NCBI GenBank assembly: GCA_013112725.1
Contig: JABFFZ010000004.1
Location: forward strand, 24,147-88,146
Length of the DNA: 64,000 nucleotides
Reading direction: 5' to 3'
Origin: Chloroflexota bacterium
Lineage (GTDB): Bacteria; Chloroflexota; Anaerolineae; Promineifilales; Promineifilaceae
Positions 1 to 8,763 of this stretch are shown piece after piece. Made by a program: the position numbers and the translations under genes. The notes beneath the pieces were generated by a model. That model was not told the DNA's origin. It did no database searches and was given only the letters and a program-made list of their open reading frames with translations. How positions within the stretch are numbered: the stretch's first letter is position 1; each line of letters opens with the position of its first letter.

Positions 1-1111
1 CAGCGGCCGTTTTGCCTGCCAGCACGTCCAGAAAGGTGCTTTTGCCCGCGCCGTTGGGACCAATGACGCCGATGCGGTCGCCGGGATCGAGGTGGAAATC
101 GAGGTTCTGGAAGAGGGTCAGGTCGCTATAGCTTTTGCTCAGGCCGGTGGCTTCCAGCACCCGTTTTCCCAGGCGGCGCGAGGCCAGTGCCAGCGCCACC
201 CGCTCATCCCCCCGGTCATACTGTATTTCGCGCAGCTCTTCGATGCGTTGTTTGCGCGCTTTTTGTTTGGTGCTGCGGGCTTGTGCGCCACGCCGCAGCC
301 ATTCTAATTCACGGCGCAGAATGCCCTGGCGTTTGGTTTCGGCGGTGCTGAGTTGTTCATCGCGGCGGGTGCGTTGTTCCAGGTAACGGCCGTAATTGCC
401 CGGATACAGTACCAACTGCCGCCGGTCTAATTCCACAATCTTGTTCACCACTCGCTCCAAAAAATAGCGGTCATGCGTGACCATTAGCAATGCGCCGGGA
501 CGTTTGAGCAAATAATCCTCCAGCCAGGCAATGGTGTCGGCGTCAATGTGGTTGGTTGGTTCGTCCAGGACGAGCAGGTCGGCGGGGTACAGGAGGGCGT
601 GGGCCAGCGCCACCCGCTTGTACTGCCCGCCGCTGAGGGTGCTTACCGGCGCATCAAATTGGGTGATGCCCAGCCGCGTCAGAATTGTTTTGGCGTCGGC
701 CTCCGCCGCCCAACCGCCCGTGTGATCCATCTGGTGGCTGAGTTCGGCAAAGGCGGCCTGTAAAGCTGGATTGTGCGGGTCGTGGTGCAGCCGGTCGCTG
801 GCGCGGTTAAAGTCGCGCAGCAGGCGCATCTGCGGCGCGTCGCTCTGGAAAATGGCGTCGAGGACGGTTAGGTTGTCGTCCAGGTGTGGCTCCTGCGGCA
901 GATAGTGGACGCGAACATGGCCGGTGCGGCTGATACGGCCGTTGCGCGGCATTTCTAACCCGGCGATCAGACGCAGCAATGTGGTCTTGCCGCTGCCGTT
1001 GCGCCCAATCAGGCCGATGCGGTCGCCCTCGTTGATGAGCAGGTTTACCTTGTCCAGCAGCAGCCGTTCGCTGTAGTAGTGGGAGAGGTTTTCGAGGGTG
1101 AGGAGGTTCAT
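1..1111 (-). CDS. ABC-F family ATPase (two nucleotide-binding domains, no TM); N-terminal ~370 aa, 3' end runs off the left edge
   Basis: Absent from the ORF track because it is open at the window edge. Reverse translation from ATG (1111-1109) gives MNLLTLENLSHYYSERLLLDKVNLLINEGDRIGLIGRNGSGKTTLLRLIA (Walker A). It continues with STLSGGQYKRVALA (ABC signature), a charged linker, then a second Walker A, GVIGPNGAGKSTFLDVLAGK, near position 1. Confidence 0.85.
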   Translation of the reverse strand, partial: MNLLTLENLSHYYSERLLLDKVNLLINEGDRIGLIGRNGSGKTTLLRLIAGLEMPRNGRISRTGHVRVHYLPQEPHLDDNLTVLDAIFQSDAPQMRLLRDFNRASDRLHHDPHNPALQAAFAELSHQMDHTGGWAAEADAKTILTRLGITQFDAPVSTLSGGQYKRVALAHALLYPADLLVLDEPTNHIDADTIAWLEDYLLKRPGALLMVTHDRYFLERVVNKIVELDRRQLVLYPGNYGRYLEQRTRRDEQLSTAETKRQGILRRELEWLRRGAQARSTKQKARKQRIEELREIQYDRGDERVALALASRRLGKRVLEATGLSKSYSDLTLFQNLDFHLDPGDRIGVIGPNGAGKSTFLDVLAGKTAA

Positions 1112-1117
1112 GGGGGA

Positions 1118-1162
1118 GAATTATGAATTATGAATTATGAATTATGAAGGATGAATTATGAA
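1118..1162. repeat. Tandem heptamer array (GAATTAT x ~6, one GAAGGAT variant)
   Basis: Read directly: gaattat gaattat gaattat gaattat gaaggat gaattat gaaa. It lies between the ABC-F start and the MBL gene stop. The same unit recurs at 45997-46030 and, inverted, at 2061-2088. Confidence 0.9.
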
Positions 1163-1176
1163 AGGGTGGCGCCTTG

Positions 1177-1941
1177 TCACCCCTTCACCTGCTCACCCAA
1201 CTCCAGGCTGTTGCCCGGCGGCAGTACCTGCACCAGCACAGCGGGGGCCAGTTCGGCGGTGCGGTCGGCAAAGGTGATGGGGGGCAGGGTGAGGAAGACG
1301 GGGTTGAGCCAGCTGAAGCCGATGGGGTGGAAGGCGCCCCAATGGATGGGAATAGCGATTTTGGGCTGGATGAGGGCGCAGGCTTTGGCGGCCGTTTCCG
1401 GGTCCATGTGGCCGTCACCCAACGTTGGCCCCCAACCCCAAATGGGCAGCAGGGCGATGTCTGGGTGCAGCGCGGCCATTTCCGGGTAGAGGTCGGTATC
1501 GCCGGCGAAGTAGATGGAAGTGGCACGGCCGTACACCATAAAGCCCACACATGCTGTTCTGGCCCCCATGGGGGTGCGCTGGCTGATGTGGTCGGCAAAC
1601 ACCGCTTTGATGGTCAGGGGGCCAACGGCCGTTTGTTGGCCGACGCTGATCTCTTCGATTTGAGTAAAGCCGTACCTTTTGAGCATGTCGGCCGTGCCGA
1701 TTGGCCCAATGATGCGTGTGTCTCGCCCCAACCTTTTGAGTGAGGGGATGTCCAGGTGGTCGCGGTGGTGGTGGGAGAGCAGGATGGCGTCCAGGGGGGA
1801 CAGGTGGTTGAAGGGGGGGTACGGCCGTCGGCGGCGCAAATGGGCAATGCGATGGCGCAGCAGCGGGTCGGTCAGCAGCCGAACCCCATCCAGTTCAATC
1901 AACACCGTGGCATGGCCGAGGTAGGTAAGGCAGTCTATCAT
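1177..1941 (-). CDS. MBL-fold metallo-hydrolase
   Basis: 254-aa ORF with the HxHxDH zinc motif (LLSHHHRDHLD) and a typical beta-lactamase-fold N-terminus (YLGHATVLIELDGVRLLTDP). Confidence 0.85.
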   Translation of the reverse strand: MIDCLTYLGHATVLIELDGVRLLTDPLLRHRIAHLRRRRPYPPFNHLSPLDAILLSHHHRDHLDIPSLKRLGRDTRIIGPIGTADMLKRYGFTQIEEISVGQQTAVGPLTIKAVFADHISQRTPMGARTACVGFMVYGRATSIYFAGDTDLYPEMAALHPDIALLPIWGWGPTLGDGHMDPETAAKACALIQPKIAIPIHWGAFHPIGFSWLNPVFLTLPPITFADRTAELAPAVLVQVLPPGNSLELGEQVKG

Positions 1942-1959
1942 ATCGGGATTATACTGATG

Positions 1960-2013
1960 AACAGGTCAATGTCACCTGTTCACCCTTTCACCTGTTCACC
2001 CGATCACTTTTTC
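1960..2013. repeat. Short hairpin (AACAGGT..ACCTGTT) followed by a tandem TCACC-type 8-9-mer array
   Basis: aacaggtcaatgtcacctgttcaccctttcacctgttcacccgatcac. A related array (ttgtcaccccttcacctgctcaccc) sits at 1173-1199 on the other side of the MBL gene. Confidence 0.8.
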
Positions 2014-2060
2014 ACGGCCGTTACCCCCGTCCCCCACCATACGCTATAATCCCCGCCCAT

Positions 2061-2088
2061 TCCTAATTCATAATTCCTAATTCATAAT
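2061..2088. repeat. Tandem 14-mer x2 (TCCTAATTCATAAT), the reverse complement of the GAATTAT-type array
   Basis: tcctaattcataat tcctaattcataat, immediately upstream of the M16 peptidase start. Confidence 0.85.
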
Positions 2089-2095
2089 TTCTTCT

Positions 2096-3409
2096 ATGAC
2101 CACCAAAACCATCCTTCCTAACGGCCTCACTATTCTCCTTAAAGAAATGCACCATGCGCCCGTAATTTGTTTCATGGTCTGGTACCGCGTGGGCAGCCGC
2201 CACGAACGGCCGGGGCTGACCGGCGTTTCTCATTGGGTGGAGCATATGATGTTCAAGGGCACACCCACTTTTCCTGACGGTACGCTAGACAGGCTGGTCT
2301 CCCGCGAGGGTGGGCAGTGGAACGCTTTCACCTGGCTGGACTTCACCGCCTATTACGAAACGATGCCCGCCAATCGCATTGACCTGGCGCTGCGCCTGGA
2401 AGCGGACCGCATGGTGAACACCATCATGGACGCCGATGAGGTAGAATCGGAGCGGGCGGTGATTATTGCCGAGCGGCAGATGTATGAGAATGACCCGGAC
2501 TTTCTGCTGAATGAGGAACTCACGGCCGTCGCCTTCCGCGTCCACCCCTACCATCATGAAGTCATCGGCGACCTGGCCGATTTACAGACGATGACGCGGG
2601 ATGATTTGCTGGCCCATTACCGCCATTACTACGCGCCGCCCCAGGCGACACTGGTAGTGGTGGGGGATTTTGACACGGCCGTGATGCTCACCCGGCTGCA
2701 AGAACTGTATGGCGGCATCCCGGCGGGCGAAAACGGCGTACCTGTTGTCCGGCCAGAGCCGCCGCAAAATGGCGAACGGCGCGTGGTGGTGCATGGCCCT
2801 GGCGACACCGCCTATCTGACGGTGGCTTACCGCGCTCCGGCGGCCAGCCATCCCGACTTTTTCCCACTGGCGCTGCTGAATGCAGCCTGGGCCGGGGGCA
2901 GCAGCCTGGGCATGTTTGGCGGCAGCGGCAGCAATAAAAGCTCCCGGCTGTATAAGGCGTTGGTCAATACCGAACTGGCCGCTTCCGTTTCCGGCGGCCT
3001 GACACCGACCATTGACCCGTTTTTGTATACGATTCAGGCGGTGGTGCGGCACGGCCGTAGCCTGGACGAAGTGGAAGCGGCGCTGGACGCCGAACTGGCC
3101 CGCCTGCACACCGAACCCATCACCCAGGCGGAACTGGACAAGGCACTTAAACGGGCCAAAGCGGACTTTGTGCTGGCCGGGGAGAGCATCACCGGGCAGG
3201 CGCAGTTGTTGGGCATGGCCGAAGCCGTCGTCGGCGACTACCGCTGGTATGAGACGGTGTTGGATCAACTTCACGCTGTCACTCTGGCCGACATTGAGCG
3301 GGTGCGCGCCACGTATTTACGTAAAAGATACCGCGTTGTTGGCCGTTATGAACCGGATAGTGAGATGACCGGCGCTATGGCCGTGGATGAGGAGCAAACA
3401 AACGGATAA
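2096..3409 (+). CDS. M16 (pitrilysin/insulinase) family zinc peptidase, catalytic-type subunit
   Basis: 437 aa. The inverted zinc motif HxxEH is present (GVSHWVEHMMFKGT), and the protein has the two-domain M16 length. Confidence 0.9.
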   Translation: MTTKTILPNGLTILLKEMHHAPVICFMVWYRVGSRHERPGLTGVSHWVEHMMFKGTPTFPDGTLDRLVSREGGQWNAFTWLDFTAYYETMPANRIDLALRLEADRMVNTIMDADEVESERAVIIAERQMYENDPDFLLNEELTAVAFRVHPYHHEVIGDLADLQTMTRDDLLAHYRHYYAPPQATLVVVGDFDTAVMLTRLQELYGGIPAGENGVPVVRPEPPQNGERRVVVHGPGDTAYLTVAYRAPAASHPDFFPLALLNAAWAGGSSLGMFGGSGSNKSSRLYKALVNTELAASVSGGLTPTIDPFLYTIQAVVRHGRSLDEVEAALDAELARLHTEPITQAELDKALKRAKADFVLAGESITGQAQLLGMAEAVVGDYRWYETVLDQLHAVTLADIERVRATYLRKRYRVVGRYEPDSEMTGAMAVDEEQTNG

Positions 3410-3660
3410 GCGCCAGGCGAATAAATTCGCGGCTACACAAGGCGAAGACCGCCTGCGCGGTCTGGCAACAGTCAGCGAAGGGCGATTTTGCCCTCTGTAG
3501 CCGTGGTTCCAACAGTCGGGATCATATCCGATAAAAATTCGTCGGGGCGAAGGCTGTGCTACAATACCCCCATTGATCAAAAATGAGAGTAATGGTTGGT
3601 AACTGGCGTAGACAATCAGCCACCAACCACCAGCCACCATCAACTTTTCAGGAAAACACT

Positions 3661-4254
3661 ATGAGTACACCAACGGCCGTAGCCACCCCCACCAAACATC
3701 CACCTAAACTGTCGCCCAAACTCATTACCGGCGAAGAACTATACGCCATGGGCGACATTGGCCCATCTGAATTAGTCAAAGGGGAGATTAAATACCTCAT
3801 GCCCACCGGACACCCACACGGATATTTTGAAAGTCTCATTGCGTTTTTCTTGACCATGTTTGTGCGTGAACACAAACTGGGCCGGGTGCTTACCGGGGAG
3901 GTTGGCATCTATACCGGCCGTAAACCGGACACGGTACGCGCTGCTGACGTCATCTTCATTTCCGATGAACGTTTCCGCCAGGTACGTTCCGCTGGTTATC
4001 TGGATGTGGCCCCAGAGTTGGTAGTAGAGGTGATGTCGCCAGATAATACCTGGAGCGAAGTGCAGAAGAAACTGGCAGAGTATTTTGCTGTAAATGTATT
4101 GATGGTGTGGGTGGTTGACCCGCAGTTAGAGCAGGTGCATGTGTATCGTTCGCCGGAGCAAATGAAACTGCTGCGTAAAGAAGATAGGCTTACCGGTGAC
4201 GATGTACTGCCCGGTTTCCAGGTCGCTTTGGCCGAGATTTTTACGGCCGAGTAG
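3661..4254 (+). CDS. Uma2 family (DUF820) endonuclease
   Basis: The ORF track starts at 3583. ATG at 3661 (MSTPTAV) is the more likely start. The core LVVEVMSPDN..KLAEYFAVNVLMVWVVDP..VHVY is the PD-(D/E)xK-like Uma2 signature region. Confidence 0.8.
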   Translation: MSTPTAVATPTKHPPKLSPKLITGEELYAMGDIGPSELVKGEIKYLMPTGHPHGYFESLIAFFLTMFVREHKLGRVLTGEVGIYTGRKPDTVRAADVIFISDERFRQVRSAGYLDVAPELVVEVMSPDNTWSEVQKKLAEYFAVNVLMVWVVDPQLEQVHVYRSPEQMKLLRKEDRLTGDDVLPGFQVALAEIFTAE

Positions 4255-4268
4255 CCACTTTCATAACA

Positions 4269-6071
4269 TTGAAGCGATTGCCAGCCACCATCCTCCACGC
4301 CGTTCGCCGGTTGCCGGGCACATTTGATGATGAAGAACGCCGCCTGGTGGTGCAGTCGGTCATCATTGGTGTGGTTGTTTGGGCTATTGTTTATCCCCTG
4401 AAAATTGGCGTCCATTGGCTCTTTGACCTGACCTTGCATAGCCTGGAACAATTGGGGCACGGGCCGCAGCAGTTGTTGGTGTTGGCTCCGCTGCTGGTGG
4501 GGGCGCTTGTTGTGGCTGTCATTGCCCGCACCCATGCGGTGATGGTGCATTATCGAGACGATGACGGCGTCATCCACGAGCTAAATGATGTGGAAGGGGA
4601 TGGGTTGGAGCGAGCTATTGCCCTGTATTACAGCTCCGAACCGGCGTTTGAGCGGGTTTTGCAAGGGCAGGAAGGGCTGGATGTGCGTTGGCAGTTGCCT
4701 ACCTTCTCGCTAGCCTTCCGCAAGTTTGCAGCCACGCTGGTGACATTGGGCAGCGGCGGCAGCGGTGGCCTGGAAGCCAGCGTCACCCTCATTGGCGAAA
4801 GCAGTGCGGCCGGCCTGTTTAAGCCACGCCAACCTATTGCCAGGGTGAATGAAAAGATTGGCGTGGTTGGCCGTTTCTGGCGCTGGTGGCAGGCGGATGA
4901 CCCCGACGATTTGCAGACGGCGCAGCTGAGTGGCATTGCGGCGGCGGTGGCGGTGTTGTTAGGCGCGCCGCTGACGGCTGCCTTTTTTGCCATTGAAGTG
5001 ATGTATCGCCAGCGTCCACTCATCGAAAAGCTGGCATATACGCTGATTTCGGCGTTGGTAGCTTACTCGCTGACCGATCTGGTAACGGTGGGTCACCCGG
5101 TCATTTTTTCGGTAGAGCAGCACTTCGTGCCGCCGACGTCGCCGCGTTATTATGCGGTAGTGGTGTTGATGGCAACGGCCGTGTCCCTGGTCAGCATCTT
5201 CTTCAAACAATTCCGTGCATACACCGATCATCTTTTGCACCACCGTTTTACCGATTCGCGGCAGCGGCTATTGGTGGGGGCGACCATTACCGGCCTGATT
5301 GCCTTTACGGCAGCCATCATCACCTTTGAATTGGATTGGTGGGAAAATGGATTGGAACTGGTGTTAGGGCCAGGTGATAGCGTGATCAATGCAGCCCTGG
5401 CCGGAGAATTCACTCTGGCAGTAGCGCTAGTGGCATTGGCGGCTAAAATGCCTGCTACCCTGGCGACCATTGGTTCGGGTGGCTCGGCCGGATTGCTGGT
5501 GCCCTCTCTCTTTTTTGGGACGATGGTGGCCTCAGCGTTTGCTGTTCTTTTTGACTATGAACCAATGTTGTTGATTGTGCCCGGCATGACAGCCGCTCTG
5601 GTTTCCATCGTCAACGTGCCCCTGGCGGCCATCTTGTTCACCGTTGAATTGTTTGGTTCGGTATACATGCTACCGGCGCTGCTCACGCTGGTGATCACCT
5701 CCATTCTGGCTCACGACCGTACTATTTATCGCCCGCAGCGGGAAAAAGCAGCCAAACGCCAGATCATGCCCGGTGTGGGGTCGCGTCGCATTTTGCCGCC
5801 GCCCTCCTGGTGGGGCAAGACGCTGGTGGAACTGGATTTACGCCGCCGTTATAACGTGAATGTAGTCGGGCTGATGGAGTTTCAGGATGAGCATGGCAAC
5901 CCTCGTGTGCGGCTGGATACTTCTTCAACCGTACCGCTATCTGATGGTGATGTGCTGGTGGTCATCGGACGGGAAGAAAAGCTAGAAGCTCTGGAAACGG
6001 CCGTGCGCGCCGAACGTGCTACTGGCTGGCAAAATGCGGTGGATGATGCGCTGAAAACCGAGGAAACATGA
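4269..6071 (+). CDS. ClC-family voltage-gated chloride channel protein with C-terminal TrkA-C/RCK_C domain
   Basis: 600 aa with about 10 hydrophobic helices. ClC-like glycine-rich motifs are present (TLGSGGSGGLEAS; GSGGSAGLLVPSLFFG). The soluble C-terminus (NVNVVGLMEF...GDVLVVIGREEKLEALE) resembles TrkA-C. The start is TTG in the ORF track, so the exact start is uncertain. Confidence 0.75.
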   Translation: MKRLPATILHAVRRLPGTFDDEERRLVVQSVIIGVVVWAIVYPLKIGVHWLFDLTLHSLEQLGHGPQQLLVLAPLLVGALVVAVIARTHAVMVHYRDDDGVIHELNDVEGDGLERAIALYYSSEPAFERVLQGQEGLDVRWQLPTFSLAFRKFAATLVTLGSGGSGGLEASVTLIGESSAAGLFKPRQPIARVNEKIGVVGRFWRWWQADDPDDLQTAQLSGIAAAVAVLLGAPLTAAFFAIEVMYRQRPLIEKLAYTLISALVAYSLTDLVTVGHPVIFSVEQHFVPPTSPRYYAVVVLMATAVSLVSIFFKQFRAYTDHLLHHRFTDSRQRLLVGATITGLIAFTAAIITFELDWWENGLELVLGPGDSVINAALAGEFTLAVALVALAAKMPATLATIGSGGSAGLLVPSLFFGTMVASAFAVLFDYEPMLLIVPGMTAALVSIVNVPLAAILFTVELFGSVYMLPALLTLVITSILAHDRTIYRPQREKAAKRQIMPGVGSRRILPPPSWWGKTLVELDLRRRYNVNVVGLMEFQDEHGNPRVRLDTSSTVPLSDGDVLVVIGREEKLEALETAVRAERATGWQNAVDDALKTEET

Positions 6072-6751
6072 CCGATTTTAAAGAAATTTATGCCACTCAG
6101 GCGGAGCGGTATGAACGGCTGGTAATGCGGGAGGATGTGGATAGCAATCTCCTGAAGGCGTTGCAAACCATTCACCCGTTAGCGCAGGCAGATGTGGTGG
6201 AGTTTGGCGCGGGCACGGGGCGGCTGACCTGTCTGCTGGCCTCATTGGTCAAAAGCATCCATGCTTACGATGAATCGGCGGCGATGCTGGCGGTGGCGGA
6301 GCGTAAATTACAAGTAGGTGGCTGGCAAAATTGGCGCACGGCCGTCGCCGACCACCGCTCTATTCCCTTATCAGATCAATCTGCCGATATCGCTATTGAG
6401 GGATGGGCGTTTGGGCATTTTGTGGGCTGGCATCCGGCCAACTGGCGCGAAGAAGCGGGCCGGGCGCTGGCGGAAATGAAGCGGCTGCTCCGCCCCGGTG
6501 GGCTGATGATTTTGATAGAAACCTTGGGCACCGGTTTTGAAACGCCCACACCGCCGGAACAGCTACGGCCGTTTTACCACTGGCTGGAAACAGAACACCA
6601 CTTCCATCACACCTGGATACGCACTGACTACCACTTTGCCAGCCAGGAAGAAGCCACCGAACTCCTCGGTTTCTTCTTCGGCCCAGAAATGGCTACCGGC
6701 GCCCAAATCCGCTTCCCCGAATGTACCGGCCTCTGGTACAAAATCGTGTAG
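6068..6751 (+). CDS. Class I SAM-dependent methyltransferase
   Basis: Motif I VVEFGAGTGRLT and the post-I acidic residue (YDES). The start ATGA overlaps the ClC stop by 4 nt. Confidence 0.8.
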   Translation: MTDFKEIYATQAERYERLVMREDVDSNLLKALQTIHPLAQADVVEFGAGTGRLTCLLASLVKSIHAYDESAAMLAVAERKLQVGGWQNWRTAVADHRSIPLSDQSADIAIEGWAFGHFVGWHPANWREEAGRALAEMKRLLRPGGLMILIETLGTGFETPTPPEQLRPFYHWLETEHHFHHTWIRTDYHFASQEEATELLGFFFGPEMATGAQIRFPECTGLWYKIV

Positions 6752-6754
6752 ACT

Positions 6755-6814
6755 TGTACAATATATTGCACATAATCGGCTACCTGGCTATACTTTTGTC
6801 AGGCAGACCTGACA
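6755..6814 (+). promoter_or_regulatory. Candidate yefM-yoeB operator: two palindromes, TGTACAatatatTGCACA (6755-6772) and TGTCAGGcagaCCTGACA (6797-6814)
   Basis: Both inverted repeats were read directly, 45-105 nt upstream of the yefM ATG. The E. coli yefM-yoeB operator is known to consist of paired palindromes with TGTACA cores. Confidence 0.4.
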
Positions 6815-6859
6815 GATTTGAGAAAACCTATCAGGTCTATTAATCAGAATGAGGTTACC

Positions 6860-7114
6860 ATGCAAGTAGTCACCTTTACAGAAGCGAGAAATAATCTAAA
6901 AAGCATTTTGGACAGGGTGGTAACGGACGCCGATTACACGGTGATTACCCGACGTGATGCCGAGGACACGGTGGTTATGTCTCTGGAGTCGTTTAATAGT
7001 CTGCTGGAAACGGTCTACCTGCTCCGGTCACCGGCCAATGCCGCCCACCTGGCGCGTTCTATCGAACAGTTCCAAAATGGGCAGGTAACAGAAAGGGAAT
7101 TGCTGGATGAGTAG
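6860..7114 (+). CDS. yefM: Type II antitoxin, Phd/YefM family
   Basis: MQVVTFTEARNNLKSILDRVVTDADYTVITRRDAEDTVVMSLESFNSLLETVYLLRSPANAAHL is a canonical YefM sequence. A GAGG RBS precedes ATG 6860 (the ORF-track start at 6818 is probably an over-extension). The stop overlaps yoeB by 8 nt. Confidence 0.9.
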   Translation: MQVVTFTEARNNLKSILDRVVTDADYTVITRRDAEDTVVMSLESFNSLLETVYLLRSPANAAHLARSIEQFQNGQVTERELLDE

Positions 7115-7367
7115 AAAGCTGGCCTGGACAGAGGCAGCCTGGTCAGATTATCTCTATTGGCAGTCTCAAGACAAAAAAAACTTAAAGCGTATCAACCGCT
7201 TAATTGAGGAGACCCGGCGCGACCCTTTTGCCGGTATTGGCAAACCAGAACCTTTGCGCGAAAATTTGTCCGGCTTTTGGTCCCGCCGCATTGACGAGGC
7301 CAATCGCCTGGTCTACACGGTAGATGACGACTATCTCACCATTATCGCCTGCCGATACCACTACTAA
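7107..7367 (+). CDS. yoeB: Type II toxin, Txe/YoeB family mRNA interferase
   Basis: 86 aa. The sequence W..AWSDYLYWQSQDKKNLKRINRLIEETRRDPFAGIGKPEPLRENLSGFWSRRIDEANRLVY...IIACRYHY matches YoeB end to end. Confidence 0.9.
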   Translation: MSRKLAWTEAAWSDYLYWQSQDKKNLKRINRLIEETRRDPFAGIGKPEPLRENLSGFWSRRIDEANRLVYTVDDDYLTIIACRYHY

Positions 7368-7385
7368 GCCACCATGACACATAAG

Positions 7386-7423
7386 CACCTGACGCCTGAA
7401 CACCTGACACCTGAACACCTGAC
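7386..7423. repeat. Tandem 15-mer array (CACCTGAC[GA]CCTGAA x2.5)
   Basis: cacctgacgcctgaa cacctgacacctgaa cacctgac fills the whole yoeB-to-M16 spacer. Confidence 0.9.
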
Positions 7424-7426
7424 CCA

Positions 7427-8692
7427 ATGACCAACGGCCGTTACCCCAACTCCCAAACGATTACCCGCCATACCTTAGCCAATGGGTTGACTATCTTGGC
7501 CTATGAGAATTTTGCCTCGCCTTCGGTGGTAATGGAGGGATTGGTGCGGGTGGGGGCATTGGCCGAGAATCGGGAAACGGCGGGGCTGGCAAACTTCACG
7601 GCCGTGTCCCTCATGCGTGGCACCCAAAACCGAACGTTTGACCAGATTTATGAGGCGCTGGAATCGGCCGGGGCCGACCTTAGTTTTAGCGGCGCGTTTC
7701 ATACCAGCGGCTTTTCGGCGCAAGGGCTGGTGGAGGATTTTGGCCTGCTGCTGGATATGGCCGCGGACGTCTGGCGCACCCCCACTTTCCCGCCCGAAGA
7801 GATTGTAAAAGTACAGGGGCAGTTGCTCACCGGCCTGCACATGCGCACCAACGATACCGGGCGCATGGCCAACCTGGCTTTTCACGAACTGGTTTATGAG
7901 GGGCATCCCTACGGCCATTCTGCCAGCGGCTACCCGGAAACCGTCAGCCGGTTAACCCCGGCCGATCTGGCCGCTTTCCATGCCCAACATTATGGGCCGC
8001 AGGGGGCCATCATCGTCGTCGTGGGGGCAGTGAAGGCTGAAGAAGCGATTGCGCGCGTTACGGCCGTGTTGGGTGACTGGCGCAACGAACGGCAACAGGT
8101 AATCACGGGGATACCCGACATGCCTCGCCCAGACTTCCATCTGCGCATCCACGTCAACATGCCAGACAAACACCAGGCCGACATTCGCCTGGGACTGCCC
8201 GGTCCCCGCCGCGCCGCCCCCGACTACCTGGAAGCCAGCCTGATGAACACCATCCTGGGCGTATTTGGTATGATGGGGCGCATTGGCCTGCGCGTGCGCG
8301 AGGAAGAAGGGCTGGCCTATTACGCCTACAGCCAGTTGCAGGGCGGCCTGGGGCCATCCCCCTGGATTGCCGCCGCCGGTGTGGCCCCGGAAGCAGTGGA
8401 ACAGGCCATCGTCAGCATCCTGGAAGAAGTGGCCCGCATTCAAAACGAACCGGTCAGCGCCGAAGAACTGGCCGACAGCCAGGCATACCGCATTGGCTCT
8501 ATGCCCATGGCTTTAGAGACAAACAGCGGTCTGGCGGATATTATTGGCGACCTGGAATTGTATGAACTGGGGCTGGACTATCTGGCCGAATACCCGGCGC
8601 GCATTCAGGCCATTACCCTGGCTGACATTCAAGCCGCCGCCCAGAAATACCTGAGTACCGAGCAGTTGGGCACGGCTGTGGCCGGCCCGTAG
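7427..8692 (+). CDS. M16 family peptidase, non-catalytic-type subunit (no HxxEH)
   Basis: 421 aa with the M16 fold pattern (LANGLTILAYENFASPSVVMEG...). The position equivalent to HxxEH reads NFTAVSLMRGT. This is the typical partner of the upstream catalytic subunit. Confidence 0.85.
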   Translation: MTNGRYPNSQTITRHTLANGLTILAYENFASPSVVMEGLVRVGALAENRETAGLANFTAVSLMRGTQNRTFDQIYEALESAGADLSFSGAFHTSGFSAQGLVEDFGLLLDMAADVWRTPTFPPEEIVKVQGQLLTGLHMRTNDTGRMANLAFHELVYEGHPYGHSASGYPETVSRLTPADLAAFHAQHYGPQGAIIVVVGAVKAEEAIARVTAVLGDWRNERQQVITGIPDMPRPDFHLRIHVNMPDKHQADIRLGLPGPRRAAPDYLEASLMNTILGVFGMMGRIGLRVREEEGLAYYAYSQLQGGLGPSPWIAAAGVAPEAVEQAIVSILEEVARIQNEPVSAEELADSQAYRIGSMPMALETNSGLADIIGDLELYELGLDYLAEYPARIQAITLADIQAAAQKYLSTEQLGTAVAGP

Positions 8693-8696
8693 AAGA

Positions 8697-8760
8697 CGTA
8701 ATCCGCGATACGTAATCCGTGAACCGTCGTCGGATTACGGGTCACGGGTCACGGATTACG
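8697..8760. repeat. Imperfect hairpin built from 8-9-nt repeats (CGTAATCCG ... CGGATTACG arms)
   Basis: cgtaatccgcgatacgtaatccgtgaaccgtcgtcggattacgggtcacgggtcacggattacg. The outer 9-mers are perfect complements. Confidence 0.85.
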
Positions 8761-8763
8761 AAG

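Noticed and set aside
1174-1743. 189-aa plus-strand ORF and neighbours overlapping the MBL hydrolase
   Set aside because: The minus-strand frame carries the HxHxDH metallo-beta-lactamase motif. The plus-strand ORFs are Gly/Ala-rich shadows.
6860-7367. yefM-yoeB as a novel system
   Set aside because: It is a textbook type II toxin-antitoxin pair with full-length matches to both families. It is noted as a feature, not as a novelty.
8719-8763. N-terminal extension of acpS (MNRRRITGHGSRITK). Similar extensions occur at 26089-26217 (kinase), 26059-26160 (hemW), 13971-14024 (sigma), 3583-3660 (Uma2) and 58729-58869 (S41 peptidase)
   Set aside because: The extensions run through intergenic repeat hairpins or lack homology-like sequence. 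Internal ATGs give N-termini that match the family consensus.
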